A stretch of DNA of 64,000 nt from Gammaproteobacteria bacterium (GTDB taxonomy: Bacteria > Pseudomonadota > Gammaproteobacteria > Ga0077536), in assembly GCA_965223085.1 (NCBI GenBank), contig OZ244981.1, forward strand, positions 4,550,559-4,614,558, given 5' to 3'. Within the stretch, counting starts at the first letter, position 1; every line of letters begins with the position of its first letter. The position numbers and the translations under genes were made by a program. Below, piece by piece: positions 37,149-47,780 of this stretch. The notes below the pieces were generated by a model that did not search any database, was not told where the DNA came from, and saw nothing but the letters and a program-made list of their open reading frames with translations.

Positions 37149-38357
37149 ATGGGCCGGGGTGAAGAACACGACACGGAACAATTAGCGGCGGCATTTGCTG
37201 AGTTTGAAAGAACGTCTGAGCATTTGTCGCGCTGCTATCGCGATTTGGAAATGCGCGTCGCCGAACTTACCGCTGCATTAGGTCAATCGCGTCAACGGCT
37301 CGACCAAGAACTGCAAGAGAAAGCACAGCTCACTGCGCGCCTAAGCTCATTGCTCGATGCCCTACCCGCCGGTGTCGTCGTGCTCGATAGTAGCGGTTGC
37401 GTGCAGTCGTTAAATCCCACGGCTACCGATTTGCTCGGCGATATCCCGCTCGGAACCGCCTGGGGCGACATCGTTATGCGGCTAGTGGCGCCGCGCCCCG
37501 ACGACGGTCACGATGTTTCGCTACGCAATGGCCGACGGGTCAATGTCGCGACCGAGGCGTTGCGGGGTGAACCGGGGCAGATCGTTTTGCTCAACGATGT
37601 GACCGAGACCCGGCGTTTGCAGGACCTCGTCGAACACCACCGACGTTTATCGGCAAAAACAGAAATGGCGGCTGCCTTAGCACATCAAATTCGCACCCCC
37701 TTGGCGACGGCCTTGTTGCATCTGTCTAACCTCGACCGTCACATCGATGATGCTGAGCGGCGCGATCGTTCTGTGACGAAAGCAAAGGACAGTTTGCGCC
37801 AGCTCGAACGCCTAGTGGAAGACATGCTGACGTTTGCCCGCGGTGGGGTTTTCGAGCACAGCACGCTACGAGTTCCGGACTTACTCAATGACATCGAACA
37901 GGCTGTCGGTAACCTAACAAAGAACATCGATTTCAAGTTGGGCGACGTCACTGCTGTGGAGGACACCTGCGTCGCCGGTAATCACACGGCTTTGCTCAGT
38001 CTTATGCAGAACCTTATTAACAACGCCCAACACGCGGCGTCGGATGGTGTGCGCTTGTGCTTGGAGGTCATCAGAGATGAGCGTTTTATTCATTTTCGCT
38101 TTGCAGATAACGGTCCTGGCATCGAGCCACGTCATGTGCAAACGATTTTTGAGCCGTTTTTCACGACGCATAAATCCGGCACCGGCTTAGGTCTCTCGGT
38201 CGCAAAGGCGATCGCGCGTGCCCACCGCGGTGATCTCGTTTTAGACACCAGTTATGAGCATGGCGCGTGTTTTGTGCTCAGCTTGCCGGTCGCGATACCT
38301 GTACCCGCGGCGCCCAACGCGCCGTGCCTCGCAGGTGCCGCGGATGCGGTTGCCTAG
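37149..38357 (+). CDS. fleS: Sensor kinase FleS/FlrB (PAS-HisKA-HATPase)
   Basis: LLDALPAGVVVLD, LAHQIRTPL, NLINNA, DNGPGI, GTGLGL. Confidence 0.92.
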   Translation: MGRGEEHDTEQLAAAFAEFERTSEHLSRCYRDLEMRVAELTAALGQSRQRLDQELQEKAQLTARLSSLLDALPAGVVVLDSSGCVQSLNPTATDLLGDIPLGTAWGDIVMRLVAPRPDDGHDVSLRNGRRVNVATEALRGEPGQIVLLNDVTETRRLQDLVEHHRRLSAKTEMAAALAHQIRTPLATALLHLSNLDRHIDDAERRDRSVTKAKDSLRQLERLVEDMLTFARGGVFEHSTLRVPDLLNDIEQAVGNLTKNIDFKLGDVTAVEDTCVAGNHTALLSLMQNLINNAQHAASDGVRLCLEVIRDERFIHFRFADNGPGIEPRHVQTIFEPFFTTHKSGTGLGLSVAKAIARAHRGDLVLDTSYEHGACFVLSLPVAIPVPAAPNAPCLAGAADAVA

Positions 38358-38361
38358 CGCG

Positions 38362-39750
38362 ATGGGGAGCGCAAGCAAATATGCCGAAGAACATGCGGGA
38401 AAACACGCCGGCACCGTAATGATCGTTGAAGACGATCAAGATCTATGCGAGGCGTTGTGCGAAACGGCGGCCTTAGCTGGTTATCGCGTTCTTTCGGCTG
38501 CCGACGGCGAAGCGTGTCTACGTGAGCTCGGCGAGGAATCCGTCGACGTCATCGTTACCGATGTGCAAATGGCACCCATGGACGGATTGACTTTGTTGCA
38601 AAACATACGGCGTCGCTCTCGTGACTTACCGGTACTGCTCATGACCGCCTACGGCACGATCGATAGCGCGATTGCGGCGATGAAAAACGGTGCAAACGAC
38701 TATTTGATCAAACCATTCGAGAGCGAAGTATTGATCGCGAATCTCGCACAGTGGTTGCAAAACCCCGCAGCGGATCAAGACGTTCCATTGGTTGCGGTCG
38801 ATCCCGTAACCCAGCAGGTTGTGGACTTGGCCAGGCGCGTGGCCCCAAGCGATGCCGCGGTGATGATTACGGGCGAATCTGGCGTCGGCAAGGAAGTTTT
38901 TTTCCGCCTGATACATGCTGCATCGAGCCGCGCACAGCGCCGACCCGTCGCCATCAACTGCGCTGCGATCCCCGATAACATGCTGGAAGCGGTGCTCTTC
39001 GGGCATGAGAAAGGCGCTTTTACGGGGGCCCATAAAGCGATGCCCGGAAAATTCGAACAGGCACAACATAGCACGCTATTGCTCGACGAAATTTCGGAAA
39101 TGAGCCTGCCGTTGCAAGTAAAACTGTTGCGTGTTTTACAGGAAAAACAAGTGGAGCGCTTAGGGTCCCAAGAAATGATCGAGCTCGATGTGCGCATAGT
39201 CGCGACGTCGAATCGTGACTTGGCGGCTGAGGTTGCCGCGGGGCGGTTTCGCGAGGATCTTTATTATCGACTCAATGTTTTTCCTTTGCATATTCCGCCA
39301 CTACGCGAACGTCCCGGCGATATCGTGCCGCTTGCAGAATTTCTCCTCACGCGCGCCGCACAGAGTTTAAAACAGGTCATACCAGACTTGGCGCCAGCTA
39401 CCCGTGGGGCTTTAGTTTCGCACGCTTGGCCGGGAAATGTGCGCGAAATGGACAATGTCATGCAACGCGCCCTGGTGTTGCACGGCGGTAAGGTGATCGA
39501 ACCCGTGGATTTGCTGTTCGAGGAAAGCATGACTGCCCGCGAAACGGTGCTCAACGAACCACAAGACGAGGCCAATGAATCCTTGGGTAGTGATCTCAAA
39601 GATCACGAACGACGTTTGATCTTAAGCGCGCTTGCTGAAGGCCAAGGGTCGCGTAAGTACGCGGCGGAAAAACTCGGTCTCAGCCCGCGTACATTGCGCT
39701 ACAAAATCGCGCGTATGCGTGCCGATGGGATCGACGTTCCAGATGCTTAA
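38362..39750 (+). CDS. fleR: sigma54 response regulator FleR/FlrC
   Basis: IVEDD, TDVQMAPMDG, GESGVGKE, GAFTGA, HTH. Start uncertain (ATG 38362 chosen). Confidence 0.92.
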   Translation: MGSASKYAEEHAGKHAGTVMIVEDDQDLCEALCETAALAGYRVLSAADGEACLRELGEESVDVIVTDVQMAPMDGLTLLQNIRRRSRDLPVLLMTAYGTIDSAIAAMKNGANDYLIKPFESEVLIANLAQWLQNPAADQDVPLVAVDPVTQQVVDLARRVAPSDAAVMITGESGVGKEVFFRLIHAASSRAQRRPVAINCAAIPDNMLEAVLFGHEKGAFTGAHKAMPGKFEQAQHSTLLLDEISEMSLPLQVKLLRVLQEKQVERLGSQEMIELDVRIVATSNRDLAAEVAAGRFREDLYYRLNVFPLHIPPLRERPGDIVPLAEFLLTRAAQSLKQVIPDLAPATRGALVSHAWPGNVREMDNVMQRALVLHGGKVIEPVDLLFEESMTARETVLNEPQDEANESLGSDLKDHERRLILSALAEGQGSRKYAAEKLGLSPRTLRYKIARMRADGIDVPDA

Positions 39751-39771
39751 CAAGGTCAGCGGAGAACCACA

Positions 39772-40092
39772 ATGAGTGCGATCAATGGTAACGATTTGCT
39801 GGTCCAAATGCGCGCACTCGCGGCGCGCAGCCAAGGGCTCGAACCCTATGTCGCACCTGCACAGGAGTCGCAAGGCTTCGGCAGCTTACTTAAATCCGCC
39901 GTCGATCACGTCAACGAGGCGCAACGGACGGCCGGCGAATTAACGGCCGCGTTCGAACGAGGTGAAGCGGACGCCGATGTTGCATCCGTGATGGTTGCGA
40001 TGCAGAAGGCCAATATTTCGTTTCAAGCTGCTATGCAGGTGCGGAACCGACTCGTCAGTGCCTACCAAGACATCATGAATATGCCGATCTGA
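39772..40092 (+). CDS. fliE: FliE
   Basis: FGSLLKSAVDHVN..Q, MQKANISFQ..MQVRNRLVSAYQDIMNMPI. Confidence 0.96.
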   Translation: MSAINGNDLLVQMRALAARSQGLEPYVAPAQESQGFGSLLKSAVDHVNEAQRTAGELTAAFERGEADADVASVMVAMQKANISFQAAMQVRNRLVSAYQDIMNMPI

Positions 40093-40123
40093 ATATGACT
40101 GTTAACGTGGTTCAATAACTGCC

Positions 40124-41821
40124 ATGGCTGACGCGACTGTCTACGTAGAGCAAAACTCGCCCGCGGCGATCCTGCGGCAGATCGGTATGTTGGTTGGCAT
40201 TGCGGCGAGCGTCGCGCTCGGGGCCTATGTCGTGATGTGGGCGCGGACACCAAACTTCGAGTTACTCTACTCCGATCTTTCGGATCGCGATATCGCGGCG
40301 GTGATGGACGCCTTAACGAGTGCGCAGATCCCCCACCGCATTAATCACGAATCGGGTGCGATACTCGTTGCGGCCGGCGAGGTCGACGACGCACGTTTGC
40401 AGCTCGCGGCCGCGGGCTTGCCGAAAAGCGCGGGTTTGGGTTTTGAGTTACTCGACGAACAAGAAGCTTTCGGCACCAGTCAGTTTCTTGAAAAAGCGCG
40501 CTATCAGCGCGCCATCGAGGGCGAGTTAGCGCGTTCGATCACGAGCATAAGAAATGTGCGCGCCGCGCGTGTACATCTCGGGATACCGCAACAGACAGTC
40601 TTCGCGCGGGCGCGCAAAGAACCAAGTGCCTCGGTCGTGCTCGATCTCTACAATGGGCGTAGCCTAGAGCCATCCCAAGTCGCCGCGATCGCTCATCTGG
40701 TATCCGCGAGCGTGCCCAACCTACCGCTTGCGAAAGTTACCATCGTCGATCAAAACGGTGCGCTGCTCACCGATCAAATGGGCAGTGACGACATGCGCAT
40801 CACCGCCCAACGCTTTGATTATACGCGCCGCTTGGAGGCGTCCTACGTCGATCGCATCGAGGCGATATTGACCCCACTAGTGGGACCGGACGGGGTGCGC
40901 GCGCAGGTCACTGCGGATTTAGATTTCACCACCACGGAACAAACCCGGGAAAGCTTCAACCCCGATTTGCCTGCCGTGCGTAGTGAGCGCTTGTTGCAAG
41001 AAGAACGTAGCGGCGCGGGTGCGGGCGGCGTGCCGGGCGCTTTATCGAATGTCCCGCCCACGGCCGCCACCGCCCCCGAACAGGCTACGGGCGCGGGCGC
41101 CACCGGTGACGCCGATGCCGCGACCAACCCGGGTAACCGACGTTCGCAAACCACGCGGAACTACGAACTCGATCGCACCATCAGCCATGTCAAGCCGTCG
41201 CTGGGTACTATTCGCCGACTGTCGGTCGCGGTTGTTGTAAAAGATGCGGCGTCGACACCGAGCGCCACGGCGGCACCCGAGGAAGATAGCGAGCCACCGC
41301 TCGAAGAGGAGGCCGCGACCACGCCTGGCGCTTACACCGCGGAGCAGATCGAGCGCATGACCCAGCTAGTAAAAGAGGCGATCGGTTTCGATGCCATGCG
41401 CGGCGATACGGTGAGCGTTACCGGCGCGCCATTTCTCGCGCCGCCCACGCCGGAACCGTTGCCCGAACCACCGATTTGGCAGCAACCCTGGGTGTGGAAC
41501 GTCGCCAAGCAAATCATGGGCGGCTTGTTCGTGTTGTTGCTGCTGTTCGGTGTGCTGCGGCCGGCGATGAAGAATCTCATGGCGAAACAGATCCGCGCCT
41601 CGGACGGTAACACGGCTAACGCGACCGGCGGGGCGGACCAGGCGGCTCTGCCGCCTGGTGCGAACGCCGGCGGCGCAACCCAGGGTGCGTCGGGTGCAGC
41701 CGGCCAAGTGAAGATGTTGCCGACCATGGAAAAACCCAAGGATCTCGATCAGATCAAAGAATTCGTCAATCAAGAACCCCGCGTGGCCGCGCAAGTCGTG
41801 CGTAACTGGGTGGGTGAATAA
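40124..41821 (+). CDS. fliF: MS-ring protein FliF
   Basis: GFELLD..AFGTSQFLE, EGELARSI, ARVHL, NYELDRTI. Confidence 0.96.
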   Translation: MADATVYVEQNSPAAILRQIGMLVGIAASVALGAYVVMWARTPNFELLYSDLSDRDIAAVMDALTSAQIPHRINHESGAILVAAGEVDDARLQLAAAGLPKSAGLGFELLDEQEAFGTSQFLEKARYQRAIEGELARSITSIRNVRAARVHLGIPQQTVFARARKEPSASVVLDLYNGRSLEPSQVAAIAHLVSASVPNLPLAKVTIVDQNGALLTDQMGSDDMRITAQRFDYTRRLEASYVDRIEAILTPLVGPDGVRAQVTADLDFTTTEQTRESFNPDLPAVRSERLLQEERSGAGAGGVPGALSNVPPTAATAPEQATGAGATGDADAATNPGNRRSQTTRNYELDRTISHVKPSLGTIRRLSVAVVVKDAASTPSATAAPEEDSEPPLEEEAATTPGAYTAEQIERMTQLVKEAIGFDAMRGDTVSVTGAPFLAPPTPEPLPEPPIWQQPWVWNVAKQIMGGLFVLLLLFGVLRPAMKNLMAKQIRASDGNTANATGGADQAALPPGANAGGATQGASGAAGQVKMLPTMEKPKDLDQIKEFVNQEPRVAAQVVRNWVGE

Positions 41822-41823
41822 AC

Positions 41824-42843
41824 GTGGCCACCGGCGCGCCCCTATTGAGCGGCGTCGACAAGGCCGCGGTATTCTTAATGAGCCTAGGCGAGCCGGTGGC
41901 GGCGCAAGTCATTAAGCACTTGGGGCCCCGCGAAGTGCAGAAAATCGGCATGGCGATGGCGTCGCTGCAAAATGTCTCGCGCGACATGGTCGCAACGACA
42001 CTCGAAGAGTTTGTCGTGACGATTCAAAAGCAAACGGCGATTGGGATCGGCAGCGATGAATATATTCGCAATGTTTTGGTGCATGCCCTCGGCGAAGACA
42101 AAGCGAAGTCGATGATCGATCGCATCGTCGCCGGCGGTAATACTAAAGCGCTTGAATCACTCAAGTGGATGGATCCCAAGAGCGTCGTTGAACTCATCCG
42201 CTACGAGCATCCACAAATTCAGGCGATCGTATTGTCTTATCTAGACAGTGACCAAGCTGCGTCAATTCTGTGTGTTTTGCCCGAAAACATGCGTTCCGAT
42301 CTATTGATGCGAGTGGCGACCCTCGATGGTATTCAACCTGCGGCGATGAAAGAACTCAATGACATGCTCGAAGTGCAGTTGCGCGATAACGATGGTGCTT
42401 CCGGTGGAGGTCCCGCGTCTTTGGGTGGACTCAAAGCGGCCGCGGAAATCTTAAATCTCGTCGATCGCAGTATCGAGGCCAAAATTAGCGATCAAATCAA
42501 CGAAGTCGATACCGATCTAGCTGTTGGTATTCAAGACTTGATGTTCACGTTTGACAATTTAGTCGATGTCGACGATCGCGGCATTCAAACTTTGTTGCGG
42601 GAAATCTCGACGGAAAATCTGGTGCTAGCCCTCAAGGGTACGGACGATACGCTGAGGGAGAAGATTTTCGCCAACATGTCTTCGCGCGCTGCCGATATGC
42701 TGCGCGACGATCTCGAAGCGAAAGGACCGGTGAAGCTCTCCGAAGTCGAGCTCGCCCAGAAAGAAATCATTACTGTTGCGCGGCGCTTAGCCGACGAGGG
42801 ACAGTTGAGCCTCGGGGGCGCGGGTGGTGAGGAGATGTTGTAG
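41824..42843 (+). CDS. fliG: Motor switch protein FliG
   Basis: KAAVFLMSLG, EHPQIQAIVL, MFTFDNL, NMSSRAA.MLRDDLE. Confidence 0.97.
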   Translation: MATGAPLLSGVDKAAVFLMSLGEPVAAQVIKHLGPREVQKIGMAMASLQNVSRDMVATTLEEFVVTIQKQTAIGIGSDEYIRNVLVHALGEDKAKSMIDRIVAGGNTKALESLKWMDPKSVVELIRYEHPQIQAIVLSYLDSDQAASILCVLPENMRSDLLMRVATLDGIQPAAMKELNDMLEVQLRDNDGASGGGPASLGGLKAAAEILNLVDRSIEAKISDQINEVDTDLAVGIQDLMFTFDNLVDVDDRGIQTLLREISTENLVLALKGTDDTLREKIFANMSSRAADMLRDDLEAKGPVKLSEVELAQKEIITVARRLADEGQLSLGGAGGEEML

Positions 42844-43485
42844 ATGAGTCGCGTGCTAGACGGCACCGACAATCCATCCGCAACGACGTTCGAGCTACCT
42901 GCGGTCGAAGGTCCTATCGTTGGTGAGAACGCGATCGTCGAACCACACGAAATGCCAACGGCGCGCGACCTAGAAGCGCTCCAAGAGCAGGCTTACAAAG
43001 AAGGTTTTGAATTAGGTTATCGCGCCGGTTTCGAGAACGGCCAAGAGGATGTTGCGAAACTTATTCAACGTTGGCACGGCTTAATCGCACAGCTTGAGGC
43101 CCCGTTCGCGGAATTGGACGATGAAGTCGTGCACGCACTGGGCGAACTTGCGTTGCAAATTTCCCGACATATCGTGCGCCGTGAGTTACATACTAACCCG
43201 GGCGAAGTGGTCGCGGTCGTGCGCGAAACAATTAGTCACTTACCTTCTTCGGCACGCAATGTGCGGGTACGACTGCATCCGGAAGACCTCGAATTGGTGG
43301 AATCGGCGCTCGCGATGAAGGACGAATCCCAAGGTTGGCGTCTCGAGGCCGATCCCTTGCTCACCCGCGGCGGTTGCGCGATCGATACCGAGACTTCACG
43401 TATCGACGCCTCGGTCGAAACCCGTATCGCAGCGCTCGCCTCGCGCATGCTGGGCGGCGAGCGGGAGAGCGACCGTGAACCATGA
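42844..43485 (+). CDS. fliH: Export apparatus protein FliH
   Basis: AYKEGFELGYRAG (AxxxG repeats), RLHPEDL, LTRGGC.I.T. Confidence 0.93.
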   Translation: MSRVLDGTDNPSATTFELPAVEGPIVGENAIVEPHEMPTARDLEALQEQAYKEGFELGYRAGFENGQEDVAKLIQRWHGLIAQLEAPFAELDDEVVHALGELALQISRHIVRRELHTNPGEVVAVVRETISHLPSSARNVRVRLHPEDLELVESALAMKDESQGWRLEADPLLTRGGCAIDTETSRIDASVETRIAALASRMLGGERESDREP

Positions 43486-44857
43486 GCAACGCGCTATAGA
43501 CAGGTGGAAGCCCGCCCTTACAACGTTTGCCGAGCGTCTCACCACGCCCCCCCCGATCATCGTCGAAGGCAAGCTCACGCGCATGGTGGGGTTGACCTTG
43601 GAGGCGGTCGGTTGCGAAGCCGCGATCGGTGATCGCTGCGTGGTCGTTAACCGTGCGGGAGACCGTCTCGATACCGAAGTTGTCGGTTTTGCCGGGGAGA
43701 GCGTCTTCCTGATGCCGACAGGCGCGTTGCGGGGTTTGGCGCCTAATGCGCGGGTGATTCCGCGGCGCGGATCCGGAAACGTCGCGGTCGGCGAAGCCTT
43801 GCTGGGGCGGGTTATCGATGGTGCTGGCGATCCACTCGATGGCGGCGGTGAGCTCGCGCTCCACCATACCCGCCCGCTTTATGGCGCGCCGACGAACCCC
43901 CTGCAACGTCGCCCGATCCGAGACACGCTCGATGTCGGTGTGCGTTCCATCAATGCATTGCTAAGCGTCGGTCGTGGCCAGCGCATCGGGCTGTTCGCGC
44001 CTAGCGGGGTCGGCAAAAGTGTGTTGCTCGGCATGATGACACGCTTCACCGAAGCCGATGTCATCGTCGTAGGCTTGATCGGCGAGCGCGGGCGTGAGGT
44101 GCAAGAATTTGTCGAAGACATCCTCGGCCAAGAAGGTTTAGGGCGCGCGGTAGTGGTCGCAACGCCCGCCGATAACCCACCCTTGATGCGCATGCACGGG
44201 GCCGCCATCGCCACGAGTATCGCTGAGTATTTTCGCGATCAAGGCCAGCACGTCTTGTTGCTGATGGATTCTTTGACCCGCTATGCGCAAGCGCACCGTG
44301 AGATCGCTCTGACCATCGGTGAACCGCCTGCGACGCGCGGTTATCCGCCGTCGGTATTTGCACGCTTACCGCAACTCGTCGAGCGCGCCGGTACGGGGTT
44401 TCGCGGCCAAGGTTCGATTACCGCGTTTTACACCGTCTTAACCGAGGCTGGTGATGCCAATGATCCCGTCGCCGATTGCGCGCGCGCAATTCTCGATGGA
44501 CATATCCTGCTGTCGCGCTCATTGGCGGAGAGTGATATTTATCCTGCGGTCGATATCGAGGCATCGATCAGTCGCACGATGACGCAAACCGTCTCCGAGG
44601 AGCATTTGCTAATGGCGCGTACGTTTCGCCATTACTATTCGTTGTACGAGCAAAACCAGGACTTGTTCAATGTCGGCGCTTACCAAGCAGGCGCAAACAA
44701 GGAACTTGATCGCGCGGTGCAACTACGCCCAAGCTTTTTGCAATTCTTGCGTCAAGATAAAAACGCGGCTGTTGATCTTGCATCTTCCATTGCCGCACTG
44801 AAGTCGGTGTTGATGGCGGCAGTCACCGAAACGGCGGGTGATCAACAGCCGTCGTGA
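43475..44857 (+). CDS. fliI: Export ATPase FliI
   Basis: GQRIGLFAPSGVGKS, LIGERGREV, LLMDSLTR, GYPPSVF. Confidence 0.96.
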   Translation: MNHEQRAIDRWKPALTTFAERLTTPPPIIVEGKLTRMVGLTLEAVGCEAAIGDRCVVVNRAGDRLDTEVVGFAGESVFLMPTGALRGLAPNARVIPRRGSGNVAVGEALLGRVIDGAGDPLDGGGELALHHTRPLYGAPTNPLQRRPIRDTLDVGVRSINALLSVGRGQRIGLFAPSGVGKSVLLGMMTRFTEADVIVVGLIGERGREVQEFVEDILGQEGLGRAVVVATPADNPPLMRMHGAAIATSIAEYFRDQGQHVLLLMDSLTRYAQAHREIALTIGEPPATRGYPPSVFARLPQLVERAGTGFRGQGSITAFYTVLTEAGDANDPVADCARAILDGHILLSRSLAESDIYPAVDIEASISRTMTQTVSEEHLLMARTFRHYYSLYEQNQDLFNVGAYQAGANKELDRAVQLRPSFLQFLRQDKNAAVDLASSIAALKSVLMAAVTETAGDQQPS

Positions 44858-45279
44858 CTAAGAGCCAACGCCTGCGCCGTATCGCGAAACTATCTGACAC
44901 GGAGGAGAGAGTCGCGGCGCAAAATCTTGCCGAAGCACACGAGGTACTGCAACGCGGTCAGCAACAGCTACGCGAGATGACCGCGTATCGCCGTGAATAT
45001 CAAGCCCAACTCAACGAGCTCAATGCCGTGATGGATGGCGCTGAGGCGCGCCGTCTAACAGAATTCTTACAGCGCATCGATCAAGTCATCGCCGAGCTTG
45101 AGAGCAAGCTGAGCGGTGCCGAGGAACATTACGGACAATGCCGCATCGAGTGGTTGCAAAGGCGCAAACGTGGCCGTGCGCTCGGCGAAATCATCACCCG
45201 CACTGCCACCCAGGAAGCGCAGCGGCACGCCCAAGTGGAACAAGTAGAATTAGACGACCAGCACGGACGCAAGCGCTAG
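44854..45279 (+). CDS. fliJ: FliJ
   Basis: 141-aa coiled coil after fliI; E.AQ.EQ.ELDD C-terminus. Confidence 0.85.
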   Translation: MTKSQRLRRIAKLSDTEERVAAQNLAEAHEVLQRGQQQLREMTAYRREYQAQLNELNAVMDGAEARRLTEFLQRIDQVIAELESKLSGAEEHYGQCRIEWLQRRKRGRALGEIITRTATQEAQRHAQVEQVELDDQHGRKR

Positions 45280-45297
45280 CAGTCGCGCAGCCCCGCA

Positions 45298-46296
45298 TCA
45301 ACCGATCGCCGCCCAGGCACCTTTTTTCAGTTGTGCATCGAAATATGCGATGGTTTTTTGCAGCCCCGCTTCGAGGCCGCAAACCGGTTCCCAACCGAGC
45401 GCTTCGCGGGCGCGCCCGATGTCGGGACAGCGTTGTTTAGGGTCGTCGCTCGGCAGCGCTTTGAAACATAATTTTGAACCTGAGCCGGTTGAGTCAATGA
45501 TGCGCTCGGCGAGTTCGCGGATCGTGAACTCGACGGGGTTGCCTAAATTGATCGGGCCGGTGATGTCGTCGGGTGAAGTCATTAGGCGCATGAGACCGTC
45601 GATCAAATCGCTGACATAGCAAAATGAACGGGTCTGAGAGCCGTCGCCGTAGATCGTGATCGGTTCACCGCGCAGCGCCTGAATAATAAAATTCGACACG
45701 ACACGGCCGTCTTGTGGGTGCATCCGCGGCCCATAAGTATTGAATATGCGCGCTACTTTTATTTTCACTTGATGTTGGCGGTGATAGTCGAAGAACAAGG
45801 TCTCCGCGCAGCGCTTACCTTCGTCATAGCACGCGCGCAAACCAATCGGATTCGTATGTCCCCAATAGTTCTCGTTTTGTGGGTGTTCGGTGGGGTCGCC
45901 ATAGACTTCGCTGGTTGAGGCTTGCAAAATCTTTGCGCCGATGCGTTTCGCCAAGCCGAGCATGTTGATGGCGCCGTGCACGCTGGTTTTTGTCGTTTGC
46001 ACGGGATCGTACTGATAGTGAATGGGTGATGCGGGGCAGGCGAGGTTATAGACTTGATCGGCCTCGACGTACAAGGGAAACGTAATATCGTGGCGCATGA
46101 GTTCAAAATAGGGGCTGTCGAGCAAGGCGACGACATTGTCCTTGGCGCCGGTATAGAAGTTATCGACGCACAGCAGGTCGTGGCCGGCTGCGGCTAGCGC
46201 ATCACACAAATGCGAGCCGAGAAAACCCGCACCGCCGGTGACGACGATGCGCTGGCGCACCGCGATCGGTAGCGTGCTCGGTGGTTTAGTGCTCAT
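45298..46296 (-). CDS. UDP-glucuronate decarboxylase (UDP-xylose synthase)-like extended SDR
   Basis: [54 protein letters not shown]. Start ATG 46296 after AAGGGG. Confidence 0.9.
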   Translation of the reverse strand: MSTKPPSTLPIAVRQRIVVTGGAGFLGSHLCDALAAAGHDLLCVDNFYTGAKDNVVALLDSPYFELMRHDITFPLYVEADQVYNLACPASPIHYQYDPVQTTKTSVHGAINMLGLAKRIGAKILQASTSEVYGDPTEHPQNENYWGHTNPIGLRACYDEGKRCAETLFFDYHRQHQVKIKVARIFNTYGPRMHPQDGRVVSNFIIQALRGEPITIYGDGSQTRSFCYVSDLIDGLMRLMTSPDDITGPINLGNPVEFTIRELAERIIDSTGSGSKLCFKALPSDDPKQRCPDIGRAREALGWEPVCGLEAGLQKTIAYFDAQLKKGAWAAIG

Positions 46297-46456
46297 GGCA
46301 GACCCCTTGTCTTTTGGCATCGACTTTGCAATGCATGTTTACCCCCTGGGTGCGGTGATGTTGGTATGCTTAGCGGCCTTTCGCAAGCCACACTGCACGT
46401 GTTTATCCCGGCGCCGGTCAAACGCCAGGGCCGGGGGGCCGTCGCGGGGCCCCGGC

Positions 46457-46472
46457 TGGCATAGCGCTTGCA
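46457..46472 (+). promoter_or_regulatory. sigma54 promoter of fliK
   Basis: TGGCAT-AGCGC-TTGCA, 33 nt before the ATG. Confidence 0.75.
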
Positions 46473-46505
46473 GCATGGTGGTTAAGCTAACTCGAGAATT
46501 ACACC

Positions 46506-47588
46506 ATGGTCGACCAGCCGGTCCTCGCACTGCTCCAACCTCAAACCAGTCCCCAAGGTAAAATCGGTAATGATATTAATCAGTTACAATTGGCTGGGAT
46601 GGCTGATCCACAAACCGGCATGTTTGCGCAAGTCTACCAACAGTTGCTGATCGCCCGTGATGCAGCACGGCACGCCAACCTCGATGCGGCAATCTTTACC
46701 GCACCCCCGTCTTTGGCAGCTACTTTGTTGCCGCCGGATCCGGACGCGGCAGCGGTCGCCGCCGAGCTGCTCGCCCCGGTAGCATTAGGGGACGCCGAGT
46801 TGGACGTCATGGCGGCTGAGGAGCCACGCGCCACGCCCAGCTTGGTGCCGCCGGGCCTGGTCATTGACGCGACGCCGCCGATACCGTCCCGCGGGTCGGT
46901 GGCACCGGAAAGCAGCGCCACATTGGCGCGGAGCGCGGTCGTTCCAGCGAGCACGCCGCTGCCGGTGGTACCAGCAGACCCGGTACAGCCGCAAACACCA
47001 GCGCCGGTCGTAGCACCGGCCGCGATCGATTTTACGGCGTTAGCGCGCGCCGGCGATGAACTACCGCAGCGGGTGGATACGCCCACGGCAGCGACGACGA
47101 TTACGAGTGCCACGAGCGAGGTCGCGGTCACCCGTGCCGATAGCCGCCCCCCGCTGAGCCAACCGACCCCGGTAAGCCACCCGCGTTTTTCTGAGAACCT
47201 CAACAGTCAAGTTCTCATGCTCGCACGCGGTGGCTTGCACGAGGCAAAGATTAATCTCAATCCGCCGGAGCTCGGTCCCCTAGAAGTGCGGATTTCGATG
47301 CGTCATGACGAGGCGCTCGTCCAGCTCGCCGCGCATAACCCTGGGGTGCGCGACACCCTCGAACAAGCGCTACCGCGTTTGCGCGAGCTCTTTAGTGACG
47401 CCGGGATCCGCTTAGGCGAGTCGGCGGTCTTTGATCAACTACCGCAACGCGAAGGTCGCGCGGATCACCAGCTGGCCGAGCTTAAAGCGCAAGCATGGCA
47501 GCTAGATATCGACGAAGTACCGCTCGATCAGCTCGAGCAAACATTGTCCCCACACCTTCAAGTGAGGCTCATCGACGCCTACGTTTGA
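46506..47588 (+). CDS. fliK: Hook-length control protein FliK
   Basis: Pro/Ala/Thr-rich N-region; C-domain INLNPPELGPLEVRI...LEQALPRLRELF...IDAYV. Confidence 0.92.
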   Translation: MVDQPVLALLQPQTSPQGKIGNDINQLQLAGMADPQTGMFAQVYQQLLIARDAARHANLDAAIFTAPPSLAATLLPPDPDAAAVAAELLAPVALGDAELDVMAAEEPRATPSLVPPGLVIDATPPIPSRGSVAPESSATLARSAVVPASTPLPVVPADPVQPQTPAPVVAPAAIDFTALARAGDELPQRVDTPTAATTITSATSEVAVTRADSRPPLSQPTPVSHPRFSENLNSQVLMLARGGLHEAKINLNPPELGPLEVRISMRHDEALVQLAAHNPGVRDTLEQALPRLRELFSDAGIRLGESAVFDQLPQREGRADHQLAELKAQAWQLDIDEVPLDQLEQTLSPHLQVRLIDAYV

Positions 47589-47607
47589 GCGGCGGCGCGG
47601 CGCGCCC

Positions 47608-47733
47608 GTCAAGCCTCTGGCGTATCCCTCCGCATCACTGCGTAGGTCGCTGTCAATTCCTTGTCATCGCGAGCAGGCGGGGGCAATAAGTGGTTGAAAC
47701 CCTGACCCTCTGGGTGGTGGCATGGCGCTTGCT
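47608..47733 (+). promoter_or_regulatory. sigma54 promoter of fliLMNOPQR-flhB
   Basis: TGGCAT-GGCGC-TTGCT at 47718-47733. Partial GTCA-N6-TG.C boxes at 47608 and 47652. Confidence 0.75.
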
Positions 47734-47780
47734 ACCCCTTCCATATCACGTGCTAGGTATTATTTCCCGAGGAGTACGTT

